A stretch of DNA of 64,000 nucleotides from Octopus vulgaris. Lineage: Eukaryota. Below, piece by piece: positions 1-13,084 of the stretch. The DNA lies in NCBI GenBank assembly GCA_951406725.2, contig OX597822.1:97526001-97590000 (forward strand). The letters run 5' to 3'. The notes beneath the pieces were generated by a model. The model searched no databases. It was given only the letters and a program-made list of their open reading frames with translations, and was not told the origin of the DNA. Each line of letters opens with the position of its first letter. Within the stretch, counting starts at the first letter, position 1. A program made the translations under genes and the position numbers.

Positions 1-366
1 GTTATTCTTTGTTGCATTGTGACAAAGGAGTACTACTAGCAGTAAAATACTCTGAGCTCCTCTCAATTCAGGCTAGCATGAATACTGTATATGCGTACAC
101 ATGTGCGCACACACACGTGTGCAGACACACACACACACACACACACACAAGTTTTATTATTATTATTATTCTTTAAAGCAGCAAACTGGCGGAATCGTTA
201 GCATGTTGGACAAAATGCTTGGTGGCATTTGGTCCACCCTTATGTTCAGAGTTCAATTTCAGCCAAGGTCAACTTGCTTTTCATCGTTTTAAGGTTGATT
301 GGGGGTTGATGTAATCGACTTGCTCCCTCCCCCAAAACTTCAGGCTTTGTGCCCACAGTAGAAAGG

Positions 367-410
<44 letters not shown>

Positions 411-411
<1 letters not shown>

Positions 412-747
412 GAGTGAGAGAGCAGTGCATGCCATCAAAGTGACGCTGGAGTAAAATATACGAAGAGCCCAGTATATCCATCATGACTACCCATCTGATA
501 AGGCTACACCAGACACATGCATCACAACCATATGTGCACGACATGGTGATCTCATATCAAGATAAACAGAACATGACCTTGCAGGTGGGACCCAGTTAGA
601 ATTTTCTTCTAGTCGAGTAACCCATGACGCTCAAAAGGTCCCTGAATAAGGGTTGTTTGAGGATGTGGAACGAAACACCCATGTTTCCAGAGGTGAATTA
701 TTCAAACGCCAAAGAATCCCTCTCAACACATGGCTATGATGCTCCCC

Positions 748-749
<2 letters not shown>
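411..749 (-). mobile_element. Probable LINE 3'-UTR fragment embedded in (TTA)n
   Basis: Unique-looking block bounded on both sides by (TTA)n runs; no protein evidence. Confidence 0.35.
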
Positions 750-810
<61 letters not shown>

Positions 811-1006
811 TATTATTATTAAGGTGGTGAGCTGGCAGAATCATTAGCACGCTGGGCAAAATGCTTTGTGATATTTCACCTGTCTTTATGTTCTGAGTTC
901 GAATTCCATCGAGGTTGACTTTGCCTTTCATCCTTTTGGGGGTCATCGAAATAAGTACCAGTTGAACACTGGGGTCAGGGTGATTGGGTACCTATAGTAG
1001 AAAGGA

Positions 1007-1040
<34 letters not shown>

Positions 1041-1362
1041 TATCACCGTGATCACTGTGACCGACCAGGCTATCAGATGTAGTTACACATCGCTGGTCAC
1101 AATGTGTTCGCATTTTTTTATTTAGCCTTCAAATGACGCCACCCCGCTGGCTAAGCGAGCAGGCCAACAGAAGAAAGAGTGGGAGAAAGTTGTGGTGAAA
1201 GAGTACAGCAGGGATCACCACCCCCTGCCGGAGCCTCGTGGAGCTTTTAGGTGTTTTTGCTCAATAAACACTCACAACGCCCAGTCTAGGAATCGAAACC
1301 GCAATCCTACGACCGCGTGTCCGCTGCCCTAACCACTGGGCCATTGCACCTCCTCATATATA

Positions 1363-1764
1363 TTTACTCTTTTACTTGTTTCAGTCATTTGACTGTGGCG
1401 ATGCTGGAGCACCGCCTTTAATCGAGCAACTCGACCCCGGGACTTATTCTTTTTGTAAGCCCAGTACTTATTCTATTGGTCTCTTTTGCCGAACCGCTAA
1501 GTAACAGGGACATAAACACACCAGCATCGGTTGTCAAGCAATGATAGGGGGACAAACACACTCACACAAACACACACACGCATATATATATACATATATA
1601 CGACGAGCTTCTTTCAGTTTCCGTCTACCAAATCCACTCACAAGGCATTGGTCGGCCCGGGGCTATAGCAGAAGACACTTGCCCAAGATGCCACGCTGTG
1701 GGACTGAACCCGGAACCATGTGGTTGGTTAGCAAGCTACTTACCAGACAGCCACTCCTGCGCCT
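1363..1764 (-). mobile_element. SINE family B (tRNA-derived, CORE-like CTTGGGCAAGT, internal TA/TG microsatellite)
   Basis: A-box TGGCTGT.TGG, B-box GGTTCAGTCCC, (GTAAAAGA)n tail; seven long copies in the window. Confidence 0.85.
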
Positions 1765-2083
1765 ATTCACTTATCATTTGGAAACAGTATCAGTTACAGT
1801 GCTTTGATTATTTTTCAGAAATTATTCTACAAATATTTATTCTCTCAGCTATATTAAGCTAACTAATCAAAACTCAAGTTAGGACAAAGCATTGTTCTTG
1901 CTTTGCCAGAATCACTTCTTATATTTTCTTATCTTTTTTTAATAGCTATTACAATATAAATGTAATTCTTGAAGGTGGTGTGCTAGCAGAATTGATAGCA
2001 CAACGAGCAAAATACTTAGTGGCATTTCATCCATCTTCACATTCTGAGTTCAAATTCCACTGAGGTTGACTTTGCCTTTCATC

Positions 2084-2506
2084 ATCATCGTTTAATGTCC
2101 GCTTTCCATGCTAGCATGGGTTGGACGGTTCAACTGGGGTCTGGGAAGCCCGAAGGCTGCACCAGGCCAGTCAGAACTGGCAGTGTTTCTACAGCTGGAT
2201 GCCCTTCCTAACGCCAACCACTCCGTGAGTGTAGTGGGTGCTTTTTATGTGCCACCGACACAGGTGCCAGACGAAGCTGACGAACGGCCACGCTCAGATG
2301 GTGTTTTTTATGTGCCACCGACGCAGGTGCCAGATGAGGCTGGCGAACGGCCACGCACGGATGGTATTTTTTATGTGCCACCGACACAGGTGCCAGACGA
2401 GGCTGGCGAACGGCCACGCACGGATGGTGTTTTTTATGTGCCACCGACACAGGTGCCAGACGAGGCTGGCGAACGGCCACGCTCGGATGGTGTTTTTTAC
2501 GGATGG
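2084..2506 (-). mobile_element. 5'-truncated RTE 3'-UTR copy with 4 x 63-bp internal tandem repeat, nested in a SINE
   Basis: 11-bp TSD tgcctttcatc at 2073-2083 and 2507-2517; (CAT)n tail at left. Confidence 0.85.
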
Positions 2507-2784
2507 TGCCTTTCATCCCTTCAAAGTCAATGAAATATGTACCAGTTGAATACAGGAGATGATGTAACAGATATACCTCTTTCCTAAAACTGCTGGCTCT
2601 GTGCCAAAATTTGAAACCAATATACAATGCACAATTCTTGTGTAATTTTTTGAACCTAAAGAACAAAACCAAAATGACTTTTTACTCTGTATTACATTCT
2701 CTGCTTAACACAACAAACCTAACACATCGATAAACTAGTTCTAAGCAGCCAAAGACCAGTTGGTCCCTGTTACATTTGGATGTA

Positions 2785-3335
2785 TGTATTATTATGGCTT
2801 CCCCCTCGTTATCGACTATGGCCATTGCACGAAGCTTAACTGTTACTGGTGCTGTGATCGAATGTGACTTTTTAGCCCAGTTAAAGATCTACAATGTCTT
2901 GCACAGAATTGGCAACTAAAACCTTTACTGGTAATAGCCGGCTGTAGTTGTAACTGGGCTTCATGTACCTTTGCATGTCAGCATCAAAGGAAGACCCTTC
3001 CCATCTGGAAGTGTAACAGCGATGCCCTTCCTGACATCCCTCCTTACTTTCTCATGTGCAATTCGAGATTTCTCAAAAGTGGCTGTCCCCTCGTGCACAA
3101 TCCTTCTCCACCAGCTACGATCAATAGCTATGCCTTCCCATGTGTCAGGAGAGATGCAAGCATCTCTTAAGGATGCCTTCAGCAAGTCCTTTTACCTCTT
3201 TTTTGGTTTATGTGGAGGTCGTTCTTCTTTAGCTAACTCTCCATAATAGAGTTGTCTTGGCATTCTTGAATCCTTCATCCTGACCAAATGACCACTTCAT
3301 ATGAGCCTTTGCTTTAACACAAGAGCTTCTATGTA
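2785..3335 (-). mobile_element. RTE-clade LINE 3' fragment
   Basis: GHLVRMKDSRMPRQLLYGEL..KDLLKASL..WEGIAIDRSWWRRIVHEG plus C-terminal CxxC..H..H. Confidence 0.85.
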
Positions 3336-3543
3336 TGTATAGAGTCTACACTACAACAGTATTTCACTATACCATACCTTCAATTCTTCAATCAGAATAA
3401 TCTACTTCTATTTCTGGACATCATTCATAGGCTTTGTACACAGCCAGCATTTCCTCTCTGGATCAATGAATACCAACTAATGTTACTCTATTGATGTTTC
3501 ACTATTTTTCTTTGTATTTCTAATGAAAAAAGAAAAAAAAAAG

Positions 3544-3617
3544 ATCTCAGTGTGAAAGAAGGAGATAAATTGCAATGTTGCTATATCAAGTATTTCTCTT
3601 TTGTGCGATGGTTTTTG
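3544..3617 (+). CDS. Possible host-gene exon (DLSVKEGDKLQCCYIK..)
   Basis: Open frame with donors at 3590 (gtattt; phase-compatible with the 5999 exon) or 3618 (gtaagc); poor acceptor context. Confidence 0.2.
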
Positions 3618-3676
3618 GTAAGCAGTGCCAATTTTAACAATTCTATAAATGATGTTAATAATAATAATAATAAAAC

Positions 3677-3941
3677 AATTGCAGTGTGCAAGGTGTTTAT
3701 AAGCAATTTAAGAAACACACAAAAACCGTTAGATTCTGTGCTGCACTGAATTTTGTCAGTGAACAGGTCACAGTCTCAAAGCAACGAAAATATTTTGGCA
3801 AATTAAATTTAAATGTTGAAGTGAATCTAACGGTTTTTGTGTGTTTCTTAAATGGTTTATAAACACCTTCCATGTTGCAATTGTTTTCATTCTAGCACAC
3901 GATCTCAGATCAGGTCACTTGCTATGCAAGTACATCTCTGA
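3677..3941 (+). mobile_element. Older, partly deleted copy of the palindromic G3:C8 hammerhead element (motif at 3752-3802)
   Basis: Same arms and tail as 8911-9250; TTTGTCA-GTGAACA-GGTCAC..GCAAC-GAAA-ATATTT-TGGCAAA. Confidence 0.65.
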
Positions 3942-4883
3942 TAATAATAATATTTTATAAGATTAAAGCTTATAAGTGATCACCGTATAATGACTAAAGA
4001 AATAGCCTAATATTGGTGCATATCAGCCCTTGACAGGAAAAAAGTAGTGCCTTCTCTTCTAAGTTACTTTTAATAAAAATAATTTAATCTATATGTCAGC
4101 TTGAAATCTGGTTTGGTAGCATTATAAATCTTTCAAAACTTATAGTAACATAAAAAGATATAGTTATTGAAAGTGTAGTATAAGATTTTCATTATAAGTC
4201 AGTCGAGGTGGTGGGTCTAAAGATTATGAATTTATTTGTCTGCTGGGCAATGTTTTCCCAATTTTTTTTTTGTGGGTGTGTGCAGGAATTTGGTTGCATG
4301 CAAATTGATTTCCTTTGCAAAATATGTGCCCATTCATACGAGTGATCAGTGTTTAGGAGTCATATTGGCCCCTCATCCTGGCCAAACCTTTACATCAATT
4401 CTCTTATATTCACCTTGTCTTGCAAGCTACTTAATGATCTCACTAGTGCCAGTGCCATGTAAGAAGCATCCAGTACACATTATAATGGGATTTGCATTAT
4501 GAAGGGCATCCTGTCATAGAAACCATGCCAAAACAGACACTTGGGAATTGGGATTGATGCTGTCCTCTGGCTTGCTGATTCCTTTCAAACTATCTAACTT
4601 ATGCCAGCATGAAAAGCAGATGTTAAATGATGTTGGGGATACTGATGATGGTACACGCACACACACACACTTATACATGCACAATACACACGCATATATG
4701 CATATATAAGTATACATATAGAATAGAAAGCAGTTGCCATATTTCATTTCATAACAGCGACCTCTGAAGAGCACAGAATTACATAATCGGATTGTTACCC
4801 AACACTCCATTGAATCCCTAGTGCGAAACTGATTAGGAAGATCGGCTGTAATGGATATATAATACTGTACACTTTTATTCACT

Positions 4884-4934
<51 letters not shown>

Positions 4935-4937
<3 letters not shown>

Positions 4938-5337
4938 CGCAGGAGTGGCTGTGTGGTAAGTAGCTTGCTTACCAGCCACATGGTTCCGGGTTCAGTCCTA
5001 CTGCGTGGCACTTTGGGCAAGTGTCTTCTACTATAGCCTCGGGCCGACGAAAGCATTGAGTGGATTTGGTAGACGGAAACTGAAAGAAGCCCGTCGTATA
5101 TATGTATGTGTGTGTGTTTGTGTGTCTGTGTTTGTCCCCCTAGCATTCCTTGACAACCGATGCTAGTGTGTTTATGTCCCCGTTACTTAGCGGTTCGGCA
5201 AAAGAGACCGATGGAATAAGTACTGGGCTTACAAAAGAATAAGTCCCAGGGTCGAGTTGCTCGATTAAAGGCGGTGCTCCAGCATGGCCGCAGTCAAATG
5301 ACTGAAACAAGTAAAAGAGTAAAAGAGAGAAAAGAGT
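4935..5337 (+). mobile_element. SINE family B
   Basis: Homologous to 1363-1764. Confidence 0.85.
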
Positions 5338-5407
5338 ATAGATATAGATAAAGAGAGAGAGAGAGAGAGAGGCACATAAACCATAAAAGTCAGGAGCTAT
5401 AAGAGGT

Positions 5408-5748
5408 GAATATGCAATTATTTAGACATGTAACATCCTTACGTTTATGGTTGTTCAGCAAACTTCATGTAGTATTAATTTCAGTGTAGTAAAAATTATT
5501 CTTACACGTCTGCATCAATATACATACTCAGAATTATACAATAAAATTTGTGTATTCATAAATGAATAAATATCATGTATATTCACTAACCAATTTCTGA
5601 ATGAACAATTATATTGTACAATACTGAGAATGCATATTAATGCAAACATGTAAGTTTAATTTCTTCCACTGAAATTAATACTACATGAAGAAGGTTGTGA
5701 AACAACTGTAATCCCAAGGAGGTCACATGATTAAATAAATAAATATTC
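5408..5748. repeat. Old imperfect inverted repeat
   Basis: cttcatgtagtattaatttcagtg / cactgaaattaatactacatgaag. Confidence 0.7.
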
Positions 5749-5998
5749 ATTTCTCATCCCTCCAAACTTTTCTGGTTTATATATACATCATGAAATATTT
5801 GCATTGATCAGTTCTTCTGAATAGACACTGCATTTTACTTCTCTGCATTGGATTGGATTACTATGTGCACTATTGGCCAAATCTGCAAGGGGAGATTACT
5901 GTGATGGACACACAAATCTCTGAATTTCTATCTTATACCATCGCCCCCCCCACTCCTCAACACACACACACCAATAATTTTTTTCTACAATTGCCAAG

Positions 5999-6048
5999 AA
6001 CTCAACTGTCAGTTAAAGACATTTTGAAATCTGATGATTACTATGAAC
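5999..6048 (+). CDS. Candidate host-gene exon (TQLSVKDILKSDDYYE)
   Basis: Pyrimidine tract..aag| and |gtatga; phase-1 end joins the 10834 exon as CTG; peptide resembles the end of a C2 domain. Confidence 0.35.
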
Positions 6049-6319
6049 GTATGAAAGTGCTAATTAAACTTTATGAACATTACAGGATATTTTTTTTAAT
6101 GTTTAGCACACTTCAACAGTGTAAAAAACTTTTTTAAAATGCAATGATAAAAAATGTAAAAATCAGACCATGTAACTTTACTCAACTGATACGTTATTCT
6201 ACATACATTTACCCAAATTCAAAAAGAATAATACACACACACGTGCGTAGAGTTCAAGTAATATCACGTCTGATGATGTAACATAGAAGATATGTACAAT
6301 TAGTGCTCAGGGTTGACTT

Positions 6320-6788
6320 GTAGTGCTGCTCTGGGTCAAGAGGATGGCTGCCGGAAGACCCTACGTTTGGCAACAGGACTTTGCACCATGCTACACAAGC
6401 AGGAGAATCCAGACATGGCTGTCAGACAATTTCTGTGACTACATCAGCCCTAACATTTGGTGCCTAACTCCCCAGACTGCAAGCCCCTTGATTATTATGT
6501 ATGGGGTGCAGTTGAGTGAGAGACTAACAAAACTCCTTGTACCACCAAAGATGAATGAAGGCAAAGATTTACCAACTTAAACATGGAGACCGTCCAGAAG
6601 TGTTGTAGGAGATGCTGAAGTTGTCTGGAGGCCATGGTTGAAGCCAATGGTGATTGTATTGAATAAATTTACACTTTAGTATTTCAAGATATTTTTATGT
6701 AATTTTAGTAAATATATCTGTTAAAATGTGGTTTGTTATTTTCTTTTTTGGGTAATTTAGATGACAATATATTCAACAAACACACCCT
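6320..6788 (+). mobile_element. maT/Tc1-like transposon 3' remnant
   Basis: GRPYVWQQDFAPCY..NIW..NSPDC.PLDYYVWG; ends ..caccc-TA. Confidence 0.8.
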
Positions 6789-6836
6789 ATATATGTGTGC
6801 GTGTGTGTATCTATGTATATATATGTGCATGTGTGA

Positions 6837-6876
<40 letters not shown>

Positions 6877-6890
6877 ACGTATATATAAAA

Positions 6891-7859
6891 TGAGGGGTGC
6901 TCAATAAAGATTTCCCCTGACCCACTTCTGGTTACTGCAGGAAGCATAACTTGTACACATATAATCATACATGTCTCTACATGTCATATTGTAAATTGCA
7001 GCTTTTCACTAGTATTCGTTTGTCTTTTATGGCTGCTGAAGTGGACTAAGGTGTTACAATGGAGGCTGTTGAATGCAGATCAGTGTTCAGGTTCTTATAC
7101 CTGAAACATCGTACACCAAAAGAGGCTTTTGATGAAATGAAAGAAGTTTATGGTGACGATGCACAATTCAAACGATGTAGTCAAACACTGGCATTGCCAG
7201 TTCAGATGTAGTCAGACATTGGTGGAAACTGCTCCTATTCCCAGATGACCACATTCTGCCATTGATGACGATACCATCCATAAAATGAAACCCACCATTT
7301 GGAGGCTTGCCACATAGCCATTTGGCAACTAGCCTAAGAAGAAGGGAAGATTAGTGTAAGGTTTACTGGCAAAGGACACCACAATTAATGGGGCATATTA
7401 TGCTTCTCTGCTGCAGAAATTGCAGGACACTATCAAAGCAGACAGGTGTGGCATACTGACCAAAAGTATCTGCTTCCTCCAACACAACACCCCAGGTCAC
7501 AATGCGCATGTTGCCCAGATGAAAGCGCACTCTTGCAGCTATGAAATCCTTCCTTATTCCCCTTACTTTCCTGATCTTGCACCATCTGACATCCGACTCT
7601 TTCCAACCTTGAAGTCTTTTTTGAAGAGGAAGCACTTTTCGGATGATGATGATGAACTTATTTCCAAGGTAAAGTCTTGGCTCCAGACGCAACCTCCCTA
7701 ACTTCTACAGCCAAGGTTTGCACAGCTGCCTAAAGCAATGGAAGAAATGTGTTACCATTGGTGGTGGCTATGTAGAGAAGGACTAATAATTATGCCAAGT
7801 TTCATTTATCCCAGTTCCTGGGAAGTGGGTCAGGGGAAATATCCAAGGAACACCCCTCG
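6891..7859 (+). mobile_element. mariner (DD34D) element, internally deleted
   Basis: TIRs YGAGGGGTG..ATTTCCCCTGACCCACTTC, TA at right; MEAVECRSVFRFLYLK..; HNTPGH..PYSPYFPDLAPSD. Confidence 0.9.
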
Positions 7860-7946
7860 TATATGTATCTCTCTCTCTATATATATTTCTCACACACACA
7901 CACACACACATCTCTCTCTCACTTTCTCTCACTTTCTCTCTCTATA

Positions 7947-7988
<42 letters not shown>

Positions 7989-8273
7989 TAGATAGATATG
8001 AGAAAGCTGTCATCTGCAATCGATTATGGCTTGGTAATATGTACCATGCTTTTGCTAATTGTTTTAGGTGTGTTTGTAGTTGCAAGCAGACATAGATATC
8101 GTTTGACTCAACAGCATATTTAGGGTGTAATAGCAGGAGGGAGAGAGAGAGAGAGAGAGAGCTGTACCACCACTCAACTGATACTTATTTTGAGCTGAAT
8201 AGACTGGGGCAGCTCAGTAACTGAAAGCCCTGATATTATGGTTGTAAGCCAGACAATTTAACCTCTAGGCTAT

Positions 8274-8312
<39 letters not shown>

Positions 8313-8990
8313 GTGTGAATGGCAGTTTAGCTTTATAAAGTATACACATGTTTCAGTAAACTGATCATCATTATTATGTAAGGCAGTTAGCTACATTGTA
8401 CAATACAGTTGACACACTTCCTTGGCACTCTGTCTTTGATTACAAGTCACTTTTTCAGTGTAGGGAGACATATATATACGTATACATATGTATGTATGTG
8501 TGTGTGTGTGTGTGTGTTATATAGTGAGAGAGAGAGGTACTGTTTACATATTGTAATCTCACAATCTGAGGGGGAGTAAGGTGGCGAGCTGGCAGAAATG
8601 TTAGCATGCTGGGTGAAATGCTTAGCAGTATTTCATTTGTCTTTACGTTCTAAGTTCAAATTCCACCGAGGTCAACTTTGCCTTTCATCCTTTCGAGGTC
8701 GATAAATTAAGTACTGATCGACTGGCTCCCTTCCCCAAAATTTCAGGCCTTGTGCCTAGAGCAAAGGGAGTAATAAGAGGTAACGGAAACAATTGAAATT
8801 GGAAAACGGTTATTTTTTGCAAATCACTTGCCAAACAAGCTTTGGACTTGTTTTGCATATATATTTGTCATTGCAACTATTCTGTTTGATATTTAAAAAT
8901 TCGTAAATATAATTGCAGTGTGGAAGGTGTTTGTAAGCCATTTAAGAAACACACAAAAGCCGTTCGATTCACTTCAACATTTAAGTTTAA

Positions 8991-9040
8991 TTTGTCAAAA
9001 TATTTTCGTTGCTAAAATCCGCGACCTGTTCACTGACAAA
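8991..9040 (-). ncRNA. Minimal type I hammerhead motif, G3:C8 variant (minus arm)
   Basis: Minus strand TTTGTCA-GTGAACA-G-GTCGC-ggatttta-GCAAC-GAAA-ATAT-TT-TGACAAA. Confidence 0.62.
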
Positions 9041-9061
9041 AATCCGTGCTGCATGGATTTC

Positions 9062-9108
9062 TGTCAGTGAACAGGTTGCTGTCTTATAGCGAAGAAAATA
9101 TTTTGACA
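9062..9108 (+). ncRNA. Minimal type I hammerhead motif, G3:C8 variant (plus arm)
   Basis: TGTCA-GTGAACA-G-GTTGCT-gtcttat-AGCGAA-GAAA-ATAT-TT-TGACA. Confidence 0.58.
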
Positions 9109-9905
9109 AATTAAACTTAAATGTTGAAGCGAATCGAACGGCTTTTGTGTGTTTCTTAAATGGCTTACAAACACCTTCCACGCTGCAATTGCTTTCGTTC
9201 CAGCACACGATCTCAGATCAAATCACTCGCTATGCAAGCACATCTCCGTAAATATAATAATTGGTTGAAAAGTGAAAGAAAAATAATCCCAAACTGCTAA
9301 ACTGAAACCATGGAAACCAAAGGAAAACTATATGTACATACATACTGATATATATATACAGACATACATATACAGACACCTGTGTATGTACATACAGAGA
9401 CAGACAGGTATATGTATACAAACATGCATGCATACATACATATACTGACAGACATGCACATATATAAACATACATACAAACATGTATACTTACATGTGCA
9501 TGCACTCATACACATACATATGAAATAAACATCAGAGATGTCTTGTTACTAAAAGAAGATGTTGCATACTCTTTCTTTTAATGGTGTCTCAGTCATTTAT
9601 ATTGTTAGGAACCCTTCTGTATCTTCAGCAGATATCTCGGCATCTCATCCTTTAGACTGCAAATAACACCTGAGCAGAGTTCGCAAAAGCTGAATTATTG
9701 TTTACCTGCAGAATGGTTCCATCTGCATTATCTTCTCAACTGCGATCACCTTGAACTGATCTTAGCTACTACAGCTTTCTCTTCAGTTGTTTGTGTTCTA
9801 AACCAATGTTTCGGCAAGAAATAGCACACTGGACTGATACATGAATCTGTAAAACCATCATGGACATAGCTGTTGTATGTCTAATGATACACCTAACTAA
9901 AATAT

Positions 9906-10292
9906 CTCTTTTACTCTTTTACTTGTTTCAGTCATTTGACTGCGGCCATGCTGGAGCACCGACTTTAGTCGAGCAAATCGATCCCGGGGACTTATTCTTT
10001 GTAAGCCCAGTGCTTATTCTATCGGTCTCTTTTGCCGAACCATTAAGTTACAGGGACGTAAACACACCAGCATCGGTTGTCAAGCAATGCTAGGGGGACA
10101 AACACAGACACACACACACACATACATACATATATATATATATATACATACATATATACGACAGGCTTCTTTCAGTTTCTGTCTACCAAATCCACTCACA
10201 AGACACTTGCCCAAGATGCCACGCAGTGGGACTGAACCCGGAACCATGTGGTTGGTTAGCAAGCTACTTACCACACAGCCACTCCTGCGCCT
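9906..10292 (-). mobile_element. SINE family B
   Basis: Homologous, with a small internal deletion. Confidence 0.85.
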
Positions 10293-10565
10293 ATCATGCA
10301 TAACTAAAAAAAAATTATATCATCTTGAAATTCTTTTTAGTTGTGTGGCCTATCTGATTATGAGCCATGTCTCATGTGGCCTGCTTATCAAAGAAAGGTT
10401 GCCCATGCCTGCTGTAGATATAAACAATTTTATATTTGTAGAAATCTTAGTCAAAATGGCTGCCCTTTCAGGGGTTTTGTAAAGGATTTCCATTAGCTGT
10501 CTTTAGCCCTTTCTTGTTTCTTTTTTGGTTTCTGCATTTTTGAAACAAGAAAATTTAGTTTCCCA

Positions 10566-10636
<71 letters not shown>

Positions 10637-10833
10637 GTTTTAACACAAAGAATGCAAATCTCTACAAGAGTGAATTGTTTTATTTTTTGTGTTTATTTCC
10701 AATTTTTTTTTTTTTAATGATTAGTATCTACCATTGCATGTTATCTCTGTTACTTTTGTGTCGTTGTGTCTCTCAGGTAATTTTCTTCGTCACTGAGTCA
10801 ATATTTTAATGAGTCTTGCTTTCTCTGTTACAG

Positions 10834-10863
10834 TGTCTTTAGACAACAGAAGTGTTATTGAAG
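10834..10863 (+). CDS. Candidate 30-nt host-gene exon (SLDNRSVIE)
   Basis: tcttgctttctctgttacag| ... gaag|gtattc; phase 1-1; unique flanking sequence. Confidence 0.45.
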
Positions 10864-11092
10864 GTATTCCTTCCGTATTTCATTTCAGACATTGTGTATC
10901 TAAGGCTACATTATTCAATATGTTCAAATCTTTTGCCAAAAAAAAAAAAAAAAAAAAAATTATAATAATTTGAAAAAAGCCCTACCCTGTTGAGCAACCA
11001 TATACATGTTCCATTGTGGCACATTGCATATGAAGTCAAAATTACTAAGTTCATTGTATGTATCCATACATATGTTTGTGTCTGTGCATTTA

Positions 11093-11128
<36 letters not shown>

Positions 11129-11341
11129 GCAGGATTTAAATGTAAGTTCCTATAAGTTTCATGTGATGATAGTACAATTGTTGGACAAGCTTGTATAGCA
11201 TACCATATGCTGTCCTGGAATCTTTCGGACCCAAAAGGGATATGCTGTATAAGCTCATTGGACTATTGTACTATTAGAACATGAAACTTATATACATTAT
11301 TTACATTCGACGGATATTTGTCCTCATCTTGTTTGTTGTTT

Positions 11342-11385
11342 ACACAACGTTTCGGCTGATATGCCCTCCAGCCTTCTTCAGGTGT
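11342..11385 (-). ncRNA. Minimal type I hammerhead motif (Penelope type)
   Basis: Minus strand ACAC-CTGAAGA-A-GGCTG-gagggcatat-CAGCC-GAAA-CG-T-T-GTGT; lies within an inverted-end element 11294-11447. Confidence 0.7.
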
Positions 11386-11789
11386 CTGGGGGAAATTTTG
11401 AACCTGGGTTCTCATTCCTAAGGTATACGTTGAATGTAAATAATGTAAATAATCCCTCACATCTTAAATATAGAACTGTATGGAACTTATAGTTGTTCAT
11501 ATTTAAATCTTGTGTTGTGTGTTTATTAAATGATATTTATCACTTGCTGAATGAAGTACTATTTGTTGATCACACACACACACACACACAAAAAAAAACA
11601 AAACAGAATGGTACAGTGTATATAATATATATGCATACACACACACATACACACACACACACACATATGCCCAACATAGCATGAATCAGTAGGAGTGAAA
11701 CAAATTTTAACTTTAGAAAACCTAGCTGTGAGAGGAAATTATAAGAATGTAGACAAATACCTTTTGTGCTTTCAACAGATTTTCATTAA

Positions 11790-12010
11790 CCCTTTAGCAT
11801 TTAAACCGGCCATATCCAGCCAGAAGTATTCTGCCTGTTTTATGTTCAAACTGGCCAGATCTGGTCTCTCACATTAACCCTACAATATCATTTTAAAAAT
11901 TAATAGCTACCTCATCATAATCTCATAGCTACAAGATAATGCTTGATTAGTTCAAAGCAATGTGGATAAAAAAGGATTAATTTTGGCAGAATAATGTGAA
12001 CACTAAAGGG
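11790..12010. mobile_element. piggyBac-type MITE, family 1 (221 bp)
   Basis: TTAA|CCCTTTAG...CTAAAGGG|TTAA. Confidence 0.85.
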
Positions 12011-12336
12011 TTAAACAATATATTTAATGTATAACACATTATGAATCAGATGGATTGAAACAAATTTAAACATTAGATAGCTTTGGCTATTAGAGGAAAC
12101 ATTTTTTCAATGTTTATGATGTGTGGTAAAATGAAATTGGGTATGTTTCATCTGAGGAGCAGTAAAAGAAACTGTGAAGCTATCTTTAAGGAGTCTCTTC
12201 CTCTTTTTTCTGCGCATTGAAAGCATAGAAGGAACATGTTTACATTCTTATAATTTTCTCTCTCAGCTAAGGTTTTCTAATATATAAATGTATAAATATT
12301 TGATACTAATATGCTTATCACCTGTCATATATGTAT

Positions 12337-12566
12337 AGGTGGCGAGCTGGCAGAAACATTAGCACGCCGGACGAAATGCTTAGCGGTATTTCGTCTGTCG
12401 TTACGTTCTGAGTTCAAATTCCGCCAAGGTCGACTTTGCCTTTCATCCTCTCGGGGTCGATAAATAAAGTACCAGTTTCGCACTGGGTCGATATAATCGA
12501 CTTAATCCCTTTGTCTGTCCTTGTTTGTCCCCTCTATGTTTAGCCCCTTGTGGGCAATAAAGAAAT
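12337..12566 (+). mobile_element. SINE family A
   Basis: Full-length match to 44494-44720. Confidence 0.85.
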
Positions 12567-12921
12567 GTATATGTATATGTATGTATATGTGTGTGTGTAT
12601 GTATGTATCTATGTATATACACAAAAACACACCCACATATTTGTAAACAAGACATTTTAAATCCTGTGGCCAGTCACTCTTGAATCAACTATAAAACTAT
12701 TTCATGTATTATTATGCACACACACAATATTCTTTACCTTCTACTGTTTTCTTGCCATTTGTTTACAAGTATTATAAATTTTATTGGCAAAATATTTTTC
12801 GGGGAACGATTTACAATTTATAACATCTCTACTATGGAAAATTATTGCTCTGCTTTACAAGATTTCACTTTACGAGTGGTCTCTGGGAACAAATTAACAC
12901 ATATATCAAGGCATCACTGTA

Positions 12922-12971
<50 letters not shown>

Positions 12972-12972
12972 G

Positions 12973-13007
<35 letters not shown>

Positions 13008-13084
13008 GTAATAGGGAGTATAGCTCCAAACTTACAGGGAAAAATTCAATTTAGTATTAAATCAAATTTCACAATATAAATATT

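Larger units (their letters stand above)
8911..9250. mobile_element. Palindromic Penelope-pLTR-like element (~140-bp inverted arms plus tail) with a hammerhead motif on each strand
   Basis: 8911-9050 and 9051-9190 are near-perfect reverse complements; related copies at 3677-3941 and 40722-40881. Confidence 0.75.

Noticed and set aside
2249-2500. 63-bp repeats resembling a CRISPR array or repeat protein
   Set aside because: No unique spacers, no cas genes, eukaryotic context; part of a LINE 3' UTR.
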